This document shows, in pieces, positions 9,871 through 19,255 of a DNA stretch of 64,000 nucleotides (the first letter of the stretch is position 1; the number at the start of each line of letters is the position of its first letter). The position numbers and the translations under genes were made by a program. Below the pieces are notes generated by a model, which made no database searches, was not told the origin of the DNA, and saw nothing but the letters and a program-made list of their open reading frames with translations. This DNA is from an uncultured Clostridium sp. (lineage in GTDB: Bacteria; Bacillota; Clostridia; TANB77; CAG-508), in NCBI GenBank assembly GCA_947570695.1, contig CANOVB010000005.1, forward strand, positions 67,487 to 131,486. The letters are read 5' to 3'.

Positions 9871-10074
9871 ATGCCAAAATTAAAAACAAACAAGGCTGCA
9901 AGTAAGAGATACTCTTATACAGCTAAAGACAAAGTAAAAAGAACAAAAGCTAATAGAAGACATCGTTTAGCTACAAAAACAACAAGACAAAGAAAAACAG
10001 GAAAAATTCAAAATGCATATGCAGATAAAACTGTAGAAGCAGGAATTAAAAGATTATTACCATATGGTAACTAG
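9871..10074 (+). CDS. rpmI: 50S ribosomal protein L35
   Basis: MPKLKTNKAASKRYSYTAKDKVKRTKANRRHR is the canonical L35 sequence. RBS GAAGGGAG. Confidence 0.9.
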   Translation: MPKLKTNKAASKRYSYTAKDKVKRTKANRRHRLATKTTRQRKTGKIQNAYADKTVEAGIKRLLPYGN

Positions 10075-10107
10075 GATTAAATTTAGGATAGAAGGAGTTG
10101 AAAATAA

Positions 10108-10458
10108 ATGGCAAGAGTAAAAACAGCAAGAACAACAAGAGCAAGACATAAAAAAGTATTAAAACAAGCAAAAGGATACTATGGAGCAAAACATTATAGA
10201 TTTAGAAATGCTAAACAAGCAGTTATGAAATCTGGAATGTATGCTTATGTAGGAAGAAAAGATAAAAAATCAGATTTTAGAAAATTATGGATAGTTAGAA
10301 TTAACGCAGCAGCTAGAATGAATGGATTAACATACAGCAAAATGATAGCTGGACTTAAAAAAGCTAATGTAACAATAAATAGAAAAATGTTAGCAGAAAT
10401 AGCTGTTTCAGATAGCAAAGCCTTTGCAGAACTTGCAGAGATTGCTAAAAAAGCATAA
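10108..10458 (+). CDS. rplT: 50S ribosomal protein L20
   Basis: [29 protein letters not shown] is the canonical L20 sequence. Confidence 0.9.
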   Translation: MARVKTARTTRARHKKVLKQAKGYYGAKHYRFRNAKQAVMKSGMYAYVGRKDKKSDFRKLWIVRINAAARMNGLTYSKMIAGLKKANVTINRKMLAEIAVSDSKAFAELAEIAKKA

Positions 10459-10524
10459 AATTAAAAAGTAAATTTGGTAAAAAAATCAAAGGTTATTAAA
10501 AATAATTTTTGATTTTTTTTAATA

Positions 10525-10553
10525 TTGCAAAAATGCCTAGAGTGATATATAAT
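10525..10553 (+). promoter_or_regulatory. sigma-A-type promoter upstream of leuS
   Basis: TTGCAA, 17 bp spacer, TATAAT. Preceded by an rplT terminator hairpin. No T-box leader: the gap is only ~130 bp. Confidence 0.5.
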
Positions 10554-10589
10554 AAAAAACATCATAATAAAGAAAAGGGAGAGAAAGCT

Positions 10590-13502
10590 ATGGGATATAA
10601 TTTTAAAGAAGTAGAAGAAAAATGGCAAAAAAAATGGTATGAAGAAGGAACTTTTAATGCAAAACAAGATTTTACAAATAAAAAGAAATGGTATGGATTA
10701 ATAGAATTTCCTTATCCATCAGGGCAAGGTCTACATGTAGGACATCCAAGATCTTATACAGCATTAGATATTATTGCAAGAAAGAAAAGAATGGAAGGAT
10801 ATAATGTTTTGTATCCTATTGGTTTTGATGCTTTCGGACTCCCAGCTGAAAATTATGCTATTAAAAATCATGTTCACCCAAAAATAACAACAGAAAATAA
10901 TGTAAATCATTTTAGAGAACAATTAAAATCTTTAGGATTTTCTTTTGATTGGTCAAGAGAAGTAAATACAACAGATCCAGAATATTATAAATGGACACAA
11001 TGGATTTTTATTCAATTATATAAACATGGATTAGCTTATAAAGCTACTATGCCAATTAATTTCTGTACTGGTTGTAAAGTTGGATTAGCAAATGAGGAAG
11101 TTGTTAATGGTGTTTGCGAAAGATGTGGAAGCCCAGTAGTGCAAAAAGAAAAATCACAATGGATGCTTAAAATAACAGAATATGCTCAAAGATTAATTGA
11201 TGATTTAGATGATATAGATTATTTAGATAAAATAAAAGCTCAACAAAAGAATTGGATAGGTAGAAGTGAAGGGGCAGAGGTTAATTTTAAAGTTGCCTCT
11301 GATGAAGATATTATATTTAATAAAGATTCAAAAGTAGAGAAAATTAATTCTAGTGAAAATGATTCTTTATTAATTTATACTACTAGACCAGATACAATAT
11401 TTGGAGCAACATATATGGTTGTAGCTCCAGAACATGAATTAATAAAAAAATATGCAGATAAAATTACTAATTTATCAGAAGTAGAAGAATATAAGAAAAA
11501 AGCTGCTTTAAAATCTGATTTTGAAAGATCAGAGTTAAATAAAGAAAAAACTGGTGTTGAAATTAAAGGACTTAAAGCAATTAATCCATTAACAAATGAA
11601 GCTATTCCAATTTGGATTTCTGATTATGTTTTAATTACTTATGGGACAGGTGCTATTATGGCAGTTCCTGCACATGATGATAGAGATTTTGAATTTGCAA
11701 CTAAATTTAATTTACCTATAAAACAAGTTATTGCACCAGTATTTTATGGAACAGGAGATTCAGAAGTAAGACCAGATAAGAAAAATACAGAAAGAAAAGT
11801 CATTAATGTAGTTGTAAAACATCCAACAGAAAAAAAATTCTTATGTGTAAACAATGATAAATTTGGATTTAAGAATTTTGTTATGGGTGGATTTGAAGGA
11901 GAAGAAACGCCAGTAGAAGCAGCAGCTAGAGAGCTTAGAGAAGAAACTGGTTATACTGATTTTAGAGTGGATTATGTTTTTGATTTTATTTATAAATCAA
12001 AATTTTATGCTGCACATAAAGATGTAAATAGAGATATTACTTGTTATACTGTTGCTGTAACTTTAAATTCATTAAAACAAGAAAAAGTATCAGAAGAAGA
12101 ACAAAAAATTCAATATCCAGTATGGGTAAATGCAGATAAATTAAATGAATATTTAACAACAGAAGAACATATATACACATATTCATTATATGAAAAACCT
12201 CAAGCCTTTACAGATGTTGAAAAAGGAGTTGCTATAAATTCAGATTTCCTAAATGGATTATCTTCAAAAGAAGCTATAAAAAAGGCAACAGATTATATTG
12301 AAGAAAAGAAATTAGGAGAAAGAAAAGTAAATTATAAATTACGTGATTGGGTATTTTCTCGTCAAAGATATTGGGGAGAGCCAATACCAATGGTATATTG
12401 CGAAGATTGTGGCTGGAATCCAATTAAAGAAGAAGAATTACCACTCGTACTTCCAGATATAGAAGATTATGAACCGGGAGAAAATGGAGAGTCACCTTTA
12501 GCAAAACAAACAGAATGGATAAAAACAAAATGTCCATGTTGTGGTAAGGATGCTAAAAGAGAAACAGATACAATGCCACAGTGGGCAGGTTCTTCATGGT
12601 ATTTCCTAAGATATATGGATGCTCATAATAAAGAAGCTTTGGCTTCAAAGGAAGCATTAGAATATTGGTCACCAATAGATTGGTATAATGGAGGAATGGA
12701 GCATACAACACTTCACTTATTATACTCAAGATTTTGGCATAAATTTTTATATGATATTGGTGTTGTTCCAACAAAAGAGCCATATCAAAAACGTACTTCA
12801 CATGGTATGATTTTAGGTGGAAATGGTGAAAAAATGTCTAAATCAAAAGGAAATGTTATAAATCCTGATGATATAGTTAAAGAGTTTGGTGCAGATACTT
12901 TTAGAGTATATGAAATGTTTATGGGACCTTTTGATCAAACAGCACCATGGTCTATGGAATCTATTAGAGGATGTGGCAAATTCTTAGATAGAGTATGGAA
13001 TATGCAAGATATTTTGGTAGACGGAGATGAATATTCTAAAGAGCATGAAAAAATGATGCATAAAGCTATAAAAAAAGTTACTTCAGATATTGAGGAAATG
13101 AAATTTAATACTTCAGTTGCAGAATTTATGAAAATGACAAATGAATTTTATAAGGATAAAAAGATTAATAAGGCAGAATATAAAACATTTTTACAATTAT
13201 TAAATCCATTTGCACCACATATGACAGAAGAATTATTTAATATTCTAGGAGAGACTAAGACAATAAATGAAACACCTTGGCCAAAATATGATGAAGCTAA
13301 AACTATTGATGATGAAATAGAAATACCAGTACAAGTAAATGGAAAGGTAAAAGCTGTTATTACTGCTAATAAAGAAGCTTCTCAAGAAGAAGTTAAGGCT
13401 ATAGTAGATAGTAATGAAATAATTAAAAATGCTTTGGCAGGAAAAAATGTAGTAAAAGAAATTTATGTAAAAGGAAAAATATACAATATAGTAGTTAAAT
13501 AA
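10590..13502 (+). CDS. leuS: leucyl-tRNA synthetase carrying an in-frame ~140-aa Nudix-hydrolase-like insertion
   Basis: HVGHPRSY (HIGH-like) and KMSKSKGN motifs with end-to-end LeuS similarity. Between [21 protein letters not shown] and INSDFLNGL there are ~165 aa where E. coli LeuS has ~25. The insert contains [23 protein letters not shown], which is GX5EX7REUXEEXGU. RBS AAAAGGGAGAG. Confidence 0.9.
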   Translation: MGYNFKEVEEKWQKKWYEEGTFNAKQDFTNKKKWYGLIEFPYPSGQGLHVGHPRSYTALDIIARKKRMEGYNVLYPIGFDAFGLPAENYAIKNHVHPKITTENNVNHFREQLKSLGFSFDWSREVNTTDPEYYKWTQWIFIQLYKHGLAYKATMPINFCTGCKVGLANEEVVNGVCERCGSPVVQKEKSQWMLKITEYAQRLIDDLDDIDYLDKIKAQQKNWIGRSEGAEVNFKVASDEDIIFNKDSKVEKINSSENDSLLIYTTRPDTIFGATYMVVAPEHELIKKYADKITNLSEVEEYKKKAALKSDFERSELNKEKTGVEIKGLKAINPLTNEAIPIWISDYVLITYGTGAIMAVPAHDDRDFEFATKFNLPIKQVIAPVFYGTGDSEVRPDKKNTERKVINVVVKHPTEKKFLCVNNDKFGFKNFVMGGFEGEETPVEAAARELREETGYTDFRVDYVFDFIYKSKFYAAHKDVNRDITCYTVAVTLNSLKQEKVSEEEQKIQYPVWVNADKLNEYLTTEEHIYTYSLYEKPQAFTDVEKGVAINSDFLNGLSSKEAIKKATDYIEEKKLGERKVNYKLRDWVFSRQRYWGEPIPMVYCEDCGWNPIKEEELPLVLPDIEDYEPGENGESPLAKQTEWIKTKCPCCGKDAKRETDTMPQWAGSSWYFLRYMDAHNKEALASKEALEYWSPIDWYNGGMEHTTLHLLYSRFWHKFLYDIGVVPTKEPYQKRTSHGMILGGNGEKMSKSKGNVINPDDIVKEFGADTFRVYEMFMGPFDQTAPWSMESIRGCGKFLDRVWNMQDILVDGDEYSKEHEKMMHKAIKKVTSDIEEMKFNTSVAEFMKMTNEFYKDKKINKAEYKTFLQLLNPFAPHMTEELFNILGETKTINETPWPKYDEAKTIDDEIEIPVQVNGKVKAVITANKEASQEEVKAIVDSNEIIKNALAGKNVVKEIYVKGKIYNIVVK

Positions 13503-13599
13503 TAAAAAAGTGAATTTAAATATTTCAAAATGAACCTAATTGTTAGACGAATCTGTTTAATAAGAAGGGTTCATTTTTTATATAATAAAAGATTGCTTT

Positions 13600-13930
13600 C
13601 AGATTTCTATTATATAAAGCTTTAAGTAAAAGTTGGGCACGATTTTATAAAATAAAATCAGAATATATAGTATTTTTAGATGTAAAAAATGCGCAGATAG
13701 GTTATTGAAGAAAAAAGATGAGGATATTTGCATTTTTACAATTATTATAGTGTCCGCTTTAATCCTATAATAGGAATTTGCTTAGTAATTTCTATTATAG
13801 AATAACTTTTCTAAAATTTGTACACAATTTTACTATGCAAAATTGACACGGAAACAAATACGAGGATATTGGCATTTAGTTTTTACTTTTGCAATTATTA
13901 TAATATTCACTTTTGTTCTTATTTAAATAA
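13600..13930. repeat. cluster of mosaic intergenic repeat modules
   Basis: CTATTATATAAAGC, GCGCAGATAGGTTATTGAAGAAAAAAGATGAGGATATTTGCATTTTTACAATTATTATA and GTACACAATTTTACTATGCAAAATTG...TTTGCAATTATTATAATAT have counterparts at 8880-9070, 6960-7030 and 28620-28880. Confidence 0.5.
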
Positions 13931-13996
13931 AAATATGTTGATACTATGAAAACTGAATTTTAATAGTATAAAATGGAGAATATAAAAATTTATATT

Positions 13997-14572
13997 CTAA
14001 TATTTTAAATTAGGTATTTGCTTTGATATTGATTCAAAATTTGGTTTATATTTTTTTAACATATCATAAAATTTTTTTGAATGTGTTTTATATTTTAAAT
14101 GACAGAATTCATGGAAAATTATATATTCAATAATTTCTTTTGAATACATTACAATATATGGGTTTACAAGAATTGCTTGTAAGTCTTTATCACATGTAGC
14201 AAGATAGCCAGAAATTTTTTGAATTTCATAGTCTTCAGGCGCAAATCCAAAAGTATGTCTTGCTTTTTCCATAACATTTTCTATTTCGTTTTCAGCTATT
14301 TTTGTATACATTTTTAATAAAATGGTATTTAATAATTTTTGATTATTTCTTTTTCTATAATTCATAGGTAAATGAATATTTATAAAATTTTCTTCAAGAT
14401 TTAATTCTGGTTTTTCTATATTTAAATAATATACATTTACAGAGTAATTTAATCCGAAAATTCTAGTGAATTTTGGTAATAAAGTTTCATCTTTTCCTAA
14501 TATGAAATGTTCATTATTACTATATTCAAATTCCTTGATATTATTGCTTTTTACTCTTTTAAAAATATTCAT
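13997..14572 (-). CDS. DUF45/YgjP-SprT-like zinc metallohydrolase (HExxH)
   Basis: 191 aa with HEFCHL near the C-terminus and the overall YgjP-like size. RBS GGAGGAT. Confidence 0.5.
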   Translation of the reverse strand: MNIFKRVKSNNIKEFEYSNNEHFILGKDETLLPKFTRIFGLNYSVNVYYLNIEKPELNLEENFINIHLPMNYRKRNNQKLLNTILLKMYTKIAENEIENVMEKARHTFGFAPEDYEIQKISGYLATCDKDLQAILVNPYIVMYSKEIIEYIIFHEFCHLKYKTHSKKFYDMLKKYKPNFESISKQIPNLKY

Positions 14573-14703
14573 TTTTTTATCCTCCTACAAAATATATGTT
14601 CGGTAAAACTTTGTTTGTTTTATTTTACAATTTAAAAAATAAAATGTCAATACTTTTTCGAAAAAATGTTCGGTATTTTTAAAAAATAAAGAAACTTTAT
14701 AAA

Positions 14704-14745
14704 ATAAAAAACGCGGGGGCGGAAAACCGCCCCCAACATGGTTTG
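14704..14745 (-). terminator. GC-rich rho-independent terminator of the foreign cassette gene
   Basis: GCGGGGGCGG-AAAA-CCGCCCCC hairpin followed by a T-tract on the minus strand. It sits ~75 nt past the stop of the 14822-16099 gene. This terminator style is shared with the other GC-rich cassettes and absent from host genes. Confidence 0.7.
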
Positions 14746-14821
14746 AAGATTGCAATAGTAAGGGATTTGAAAGTGCTAATTTACCGTAATCCGAAGTGCC
14801 AGCATGTGAACATCACGAACG

Positions 14822-16099
14822 TTACGTGATATTCAATGTTTTGCCGTTGGTCAAGACCACTTGTGTTACGAGTCCCAATTTGTTGGTGTTGAAGCTCGCA
14901 GCGTCGTAACAGAACCGATAGCCGTCCTGAGGGCGGTCATAGATGGAACTGACGAACACCTGATTATCCCTGATATAGCAGAACTGCTTATCAGAGATGA
15001 AGCCGAAAGCGGTGATGTTTGACATGTACCACCCTGTATAGATTCTCGAGGCGATAATCGTCCCATTGAGATACAGGGAGCCGTCTGTAAGCATCAGAGT
15101 GTTGCTTTCAACTGTGCCCTTGGTGTACAAGGTAGCATAGGTGTCCTTTACGACAGCGTAGGTTTCCTTAGCAATCCACTTGTCGTTTGTGGAGGTGAAT
15201 TGCTTCAGGGTGTAAGTGGACTTCTCTGTAACGATTTCCGAGAGGAAACCATTGCTGTCAGTCCTGAAGGTCTTGAACTTGCTGTCCAGGGTAACCTTCT
15301 CCGCAGAGTACCAGTTTCCGAAAGTGAAACGGTACAGAGTACCATTGCTTTCGTAGAGGTACACGTTGTAGCTGGTATCGAATCCCAAGAATTTAGCACC
15401 CTTAAGGGTGTCGGACAGCCGGACGCCGTGAGTTGCATTGAGAACGCTCTTTTCGTCTTTGCTCACAATGATGGAAACCTTCAGGTTGCCAAACTCGTAA
15501 GCGTTACGAACGAACTCGCTCTCAGCGTTGGTGTACATTTCAACACGGCTGGTGTTATTTCCCGGCCTCTGAGGAACAGAAGGCTGAGAAGGCTGGCTGG
15601 GTTGAGACGGCTGGGAAGGCTGAGTCGGCGTACTGGGAACGGTGCTACCAGTAAGAGACTGGTTACCACTTGTGGTTTGCACCGAAGTTGCCAGATCGTC
15701 GCTGTTGTAAAGCAGACATGTTACGCCAGAAGCGTACCAAGTCGATTGCTTACCATCGCTTCCAACGCTAATCAGTGCACCAGCGCTGGTGACGTAGAAG
15801 AAATCGCCATTTGTGGCAAAGCCGTTGTAACGGGAACCGGAGCCAGCAGAGTTGCTCGCAAGAACGGTTCCATTGTTGTTATACACGGTGCTGCCGATGC
15901 TGTAAAAGCTTTTGCTGGGAACGTGGGCGTCCTGCCGGCGGTCATAGGTGTACAGCTTGTACCAGGTGCAGCCCGAGGAGGCGTCATCATAGGTAAAGCC
16001 GTACGGCGCTGTGTCGGCGGTCGTGGCGGCGAAAGCAGTGGGGCAGACCCCAAAGAAGCAGCACACAACCAGGAACAATGCGATCAAAGATTTTTTCAT
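14822..16099 (-). CDS. secreted two-domain protein of unknown function with a (PSQ)n linker; foreign GC-rich composition
   Basis: Start at MKKSLIALFLVVCCFFGVCPTAFAATT (signal peptide) with RBS AGAAAGG. Extended -10 promoter TGCTATAAT with -35 TTGCCT upstream. About 55-58% GC against a ~27% background, with codons such as CTG/GGC/CGC/ACC. Internal 9-bp tandem repeats encode PSQPSQPSQPSQPS. No recognisable homology. Confidence 0.7.
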   Translation of the reverse strand: MKKSLIALFLVVCCFFGVCPTAFAATTADTAPYGFTYDDASSGCTWYKLYTYDRRQDAHVPSKSFYSIGSTVYNNNGTVLASNSAGSGSRYNGFATNGDFFYVTSAGALISVGSDGKQSTWYASGVTCLLYNSDDLATSVQTTSGNQSLTGSTVPSTPTQPSQPSQPSQPSQPSVPQRPGNNTSRVEMYTNAESEFVRNAYEFGNLKVSIIVSKDEKSVLNATHGVRLSDTLKGAKFLGFDTSYNVYLYESNGTLYRFTFGNWYSAEKVTLDSKFKTFRTDSNGFLSEIVTEKSTYTLKQFTSTNDKWIAKETYAVVKDTYATLYTKGTVESNTLMLTDGSLYLNGTIIASRIYTGWYMSNITAFGFISDKQFCYIRDNQVFVSSIYDRPQDGYRFCYDAASFNTNKLGLVTQVVLTNGKTLNIT

Positions 16100-16255
16100 G
16101 TTAGTCAACCTTTCTGTGTTAAAATAAATCTTCAAAACCATGTTAGTTCAACAAATAGCCAAAAGGTCAGCTAAATAAAGTTGAACATCAAATCCCATAA
16201 AATCATTATAGCACAAACTAGTAAAAAAGGCAAATTTATGTAAAGCTATAAAAAG

Positions 16256-16290
16256 CGTGCCCCAGCTTGCACTGGGGCACATTTTTGTGA
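16256..16290. terminator. bidirectional GC-rich hairpin terminator
   Basis: GTGCCCCAG-CTTGCA-CTGGGGCAC with T-runs on both strands. It terminates the 16309-16749 gene. Confidence 0.6.
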
Positions 16291-16308
16291 ATAAGATTCA
16301 CCTAAAAA

Positions 16309-16749
16309 TTAGAAATTCGCGTTTGGATCATCTGATAATTTGTACAGTAAATAGTCTGGGTCAACCTGAACGATATAGTGACTTCCACTTTTGGTGGTGA
16401 AAAGAAACCAGTCGGGTGCAATTTCTTCAAATGACTCTACTAGAGTCGTATTGAGATATTTTACACTGGTATCTGTAACACTAACAATAACGGAAGCTCT
16501 TTTACCCTTTGTAGGGTAACATAAGCAGACTCCAACTGTGGATTTATGTTTTAACTGAAGTTCAGTTATGTTAACAAACCATTCCACAGGGAAAAAATGC
16601 TCTACGTCGTCAATCTTGACAATGTACCGTTCAAAACCACTCATGTATACTGTCCACGAGGCCTCATATGCTTCTCCAACTTCTAAAAGCCTAAAATTGC
16701 ATTTTGGACCGCCGTGGATATCAATAGAACCATTGTACACGAGTTTCAC
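16309..16749 (-). CDS. hypothetical cytoplasmic protein, GTG start, intermediate (~42%) GC, part of the foreign cassette
   Basis: GTG start 6 nt after AGAGGTGA. 146 aa with no recognisable motif. Composition departs from the host. Confidence 0.55.
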   Translation of the reverse strand: MKLVYNGSIDIHGGPKCNFRLLEVGEAYEASWTVYMSGFERYIVKIDDVEHFFPVEWFVNITELQLKHKSTVGVCLCYPTKGKRASVIVSVTDTSVKYLNTTLVESFEEIAPDWFLFTTKSGSHYIVQVDPDYLLYKLSDDPNANF

Positions 16750-16998
16750 AACACATCACCTCTAAATAATAATTTTTGAAATGCTGAGCTTTAGATTTGT
16801 AAATATGAAACTTATCCATAGTATGATAACATGTTTGCATAAAAAGGTCAAACTAGTTTTATTGAGTTTTAATCGTGTGTTTGTATTTTTATGTCACAAT
16901 CTGCATTTAATTGTACAATATTTACAATTAATTTATAAACATAAACTCAATGGTAAGTGTTTTGTATTTTATTAGAAGTTTTAATAACTTGTAAAATA

Positions 16999-17367
16999 TT
17001 ATTGTTTCTTAATCTTAGGTTTAGATACCAAAGAAGCAATATAACCAAAGAAAATTGCTGCTGCGATTCCTCCTGCTGCTGCTTTAATTCCACCAGTAAA
17101 TGCACCAATAAAACCAGAAGAACTAATTTCTGATATTGTTCCTTTAGCAAGTAGATTACCGAATCCTGTTAATGGAACTGTTGCACCACAACCAGCAAAA
17201 TCAATTAAATATTTATACCAGCCAAGACCACCTAAAATAACTCCTAATGTTACATAAGTTACAAGTATACGTGCAGGAGTTAGTTTAGTTTTATCTATCA
17301 AAATCTGTCCAATAATACAAATAACTCCTCCAACAATAAATGCTTTTAAAATCATGTACCAATCCAT
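16999..17367 (-). CDS. spoVAEb: stage V sporulation protein AE (SpoVAEb)
   Basis: Small membrane protein paralogous to SpoVAC, MDWYMILKAFIVGGVICIIGQ..., last gene of the spoVA C-D-Eb arrangement. RBS AAAGGA before the internal ATG. Confidence 0.7.
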   Translation of the reverse strand: MDWYMILKAFIVGGVICIIGQILIDKTKLTPARILVTYVTLGVILGGLGWYKYLIDFAGCGATVPLTGFGNLLAKGTISEISSSGFIGAFTGGIKAAAGGIAAAIFFGYIASLVSKPKIKKQ

Positions 17368-17437
17368 ATTGTTAAATCCTTTTATAATAAATTTAGGTTT
17401 TTTAGGATACCTAGAAACCTTTAATATAAATAATATA

Positions 17438-18451
17438 TTAAATTTCAATACTTATAGCATGAGCTATACCAGGTATTGATTCACCTTGCTGGGTACTGGT
17501 TGAATTCATTAAAGCTCCAGTTGCTATCATTAAAACTTTTTTATATTTTTTTTCTTGTAGCATTTTATAAACATATCCTGAAAATACACTTGCAATACAA
17601 CCACAGCCAGAACCACCAGAATGAGTATCTTGATTTTCTTTATCAAAAATAAGAACACCACAATCATTATAATTTGATTTTATGTTGTACCCTTTGGAAG
17701 AGGCTAAATCTATTAGAATATCTTTTCCAATATGACCTAAATCACCAGTAAATATTGCATCATAATAACTTGGATTTCTTCCTGTATCTTTAAAATGAGA
17801 GATAAGAGTATCTTCAGCAGCACCAGCCATAGCAGCTCCCATATTGTTTGCATCTTTTATACCCATATCAACAATTTTTCCAGGTGTAAAACTTGTTATA
17901 AATGGACCATTTCCATTTTTAGTAAGAACTGCACATCCAGCACCTGTGACAGTCCACTGACTTGAAGGGGGCCTTTGATTTCCTAGTTCTAGTGGAAATC
18001 TGAATTGCTTTTCAGCACTACAAAAATGACTTGATGCAGAACATATTACATTATTTGCAAAATCACCATCTATAAAACTTGAAGCAACTATTAAACTTTC
18101 AACAAAAGTTGAACATGCGCCAAATAAACCTATAAAAGGTATATTAGTTTCTCTTAATCCAAAAGAAGATGCAATACACTGATTTAATAAATCACCAGCA
18201 AAACAAAAATCTATATCACTTGAAGCAATTCCTGATTTAGATATAGCCATATTAACAGTTTCTTTAACTATTTTACTTTCAGCACTTTCCCAACTTTTTT
18301 CACCCCAAAATTCATCATCCAAACATTGATCAAAGAATTGATGAAGTGGACCTTCTTTTTCCTTAGGACCAACTATAGAAGCTGTAGTAGCAATATTTAT
18401 TGGGTTAGATAAAATATAACTTTGATTACCAACTTTTTTTATAAAAATCAC
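17438..18451 (-). CDS. spoVAD: stage V sporulation protein AD (thiolase-like fold)
   Basis: Strong similarity along the full length to SpoVAD (GPKEKEGPL, GACSTFVES, GGSGCGC, ATGALMNSTSTQQGESIPGIAHA). Apparent GTG start abuts the RBS. Confidence 0.85.
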   Translation of the reverse strand: MIFIKKVGNQSYILSNPINIATTASIVGPKEKEGPLHQFFDQCLDDEFWGEKSWESAESKIVKETVNMAISKSGIASSDIDFCFAGDLLNQCIASSFGLRETNIPFIGLFGACSTFVESLIVASSFIDGDFANNVICSASSHFCSAEKQFRFPLELGNQRPPSSQWTVTGAGCAVLTKNGNGPFITSFTPGKIVDMGIKDANNMGAAMAGAAEDTLISHFKDTGRNPSYYDAIFTGDLGHIGKDILIDLASSKGYNIKSNYNDCGVLIFDKENQDTHSGGSGCGCIASVFSGYVYKMLQEKKYKKVLMIATGALMNSTSTQQGESIPGIAHAISIEI

Positions 18452-18475
18452 TCTCCTTAAAAAATAATGACCGAT

Positions 18476-18581
18476 GGGGGACGTTTGTTAATGGACATTT
18501 TTGTCCGTTAGGGATAGATATTATTTATTTTTTAAACATCTGTAATAAAGAGGACAAAAATGTCCATTAACAAACGTCCCC
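18476..18581. mobile_element. palindromic MITE-like element inserted between spoVAC and spoVAD
   Basis: Perfect 30-bp inverted arms GGGGGACGTTTGTTAATGGACATTTTTGTCC / GGACAAAAATGTCCATTAACAAACGTCCCC around a 46-bp AT-rich loop. A second copy is at 47585-47646. Confidence 0.6.
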
Positions 18582-18590
18582 AAAAGGATA

Positions 18591-19055
18591 TCAAACTAGT
18601 GTTAAACTTTGAGTATTAAATATAATGTAAATTAAACCAACAATAATACTTGAAGAAATACCATACACAAGAACTGGTCCTGCAATAGTAAACATTTTTG
18701 CGCCAACACCCATTACATATCCTTCTGATTTATATTCCATAGCAGGTGAAACAATAGAATTTGCAAATCCAGTTATAGGTACTAAAGAACCAGCACCAGC
18801 AAATTTACCAATTTTGTTAAATATATTTAATCCTGTTAAAAAAGCACTAGCAAATACTAAAAGCATAGATACAATAGTATAAGAATTTGTTTCATCTATT
18901 CCACGGATTTTACACATTTCAAAAATGATTTGACCAATAGCACAAATTAATCCGCCAACCCAAAATGCATTAAAACAATTTTTTAATATTGGAGAATTAG
19001 GCGTTTTTTCATCTACATAGGTTTGATATTCTTCTTTACTTTGAATAGGTTTCAA
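18591..19055 (-). CDS. spoVAC: stage V sporulation protein AC
   Basis: TTG start after AGGAGA. NCFNAFWVGGLICAIGQ is the conserved SpoVAC N-terminus. Confidence 0.85.
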   Translation of the reverse strand: MKPIQSKEEYQTYVDEKTPNSPILKNCFNAFWVGGLICAIGQIIFEMCKIRGIDETNSYTIVSMLLVFASAFLTGLNIFNKIGKFAGAGSLVPITGFANSIVSPAMEYKSEGYVMGVGAKMFTIAGPVLVYGISSSIIVGLIYIIFNTQSLTLV

Positions 19056-19255
19056 AAAATCATCTCCTTTTTATAAATTTTAAACTTATATTTTCCAAAA
19101 AATACATTTGTTATTCATATAAATTTCATAAAATTTTAATAAAATCGTAAAATAGAAAAATATTTTAATATTGAAATAAATCAGAAACTTATATTTTTAC
19201 TAGATTGAAATATTTTCTATCCAAGCTTTCTAAAAAGAAAAAAGGAGATTTAAAT

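Noticed and set aside
10459-10589. T-box leaders upstream of leuS and trpS
   Set aside because: The intergenic spaces (~130 and ~180 bp) contain a promoter and a terminator hairpin but no GGUGGUACCGCG core. Only the serS-associated leader at 37240-37442 has it.
11700-12260. Intein as the explanation for the extra segment in leuS
   Set aside because: No Cys/Ser/Thr at the N-terminal junction, no His-Asn at the C-terminal junction, and no homing-endonuclease motifs. The segment carries a Nudix box, so it is a domain insertion.
15200-16174. 324-aa plus-strand ORF (and several 60-100 aa ORFs) overlapping the GC-rich gene on the opposite strand
   Set aside because: High-GC DNA has few stop codons in any frame. 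The minus-strand gene has a signal peptide, RBS, promoter and terminator, while the antisense ORF has no RBS and an arginine/alanine-rich translation typical of out-of-frame GC-rich sequence.
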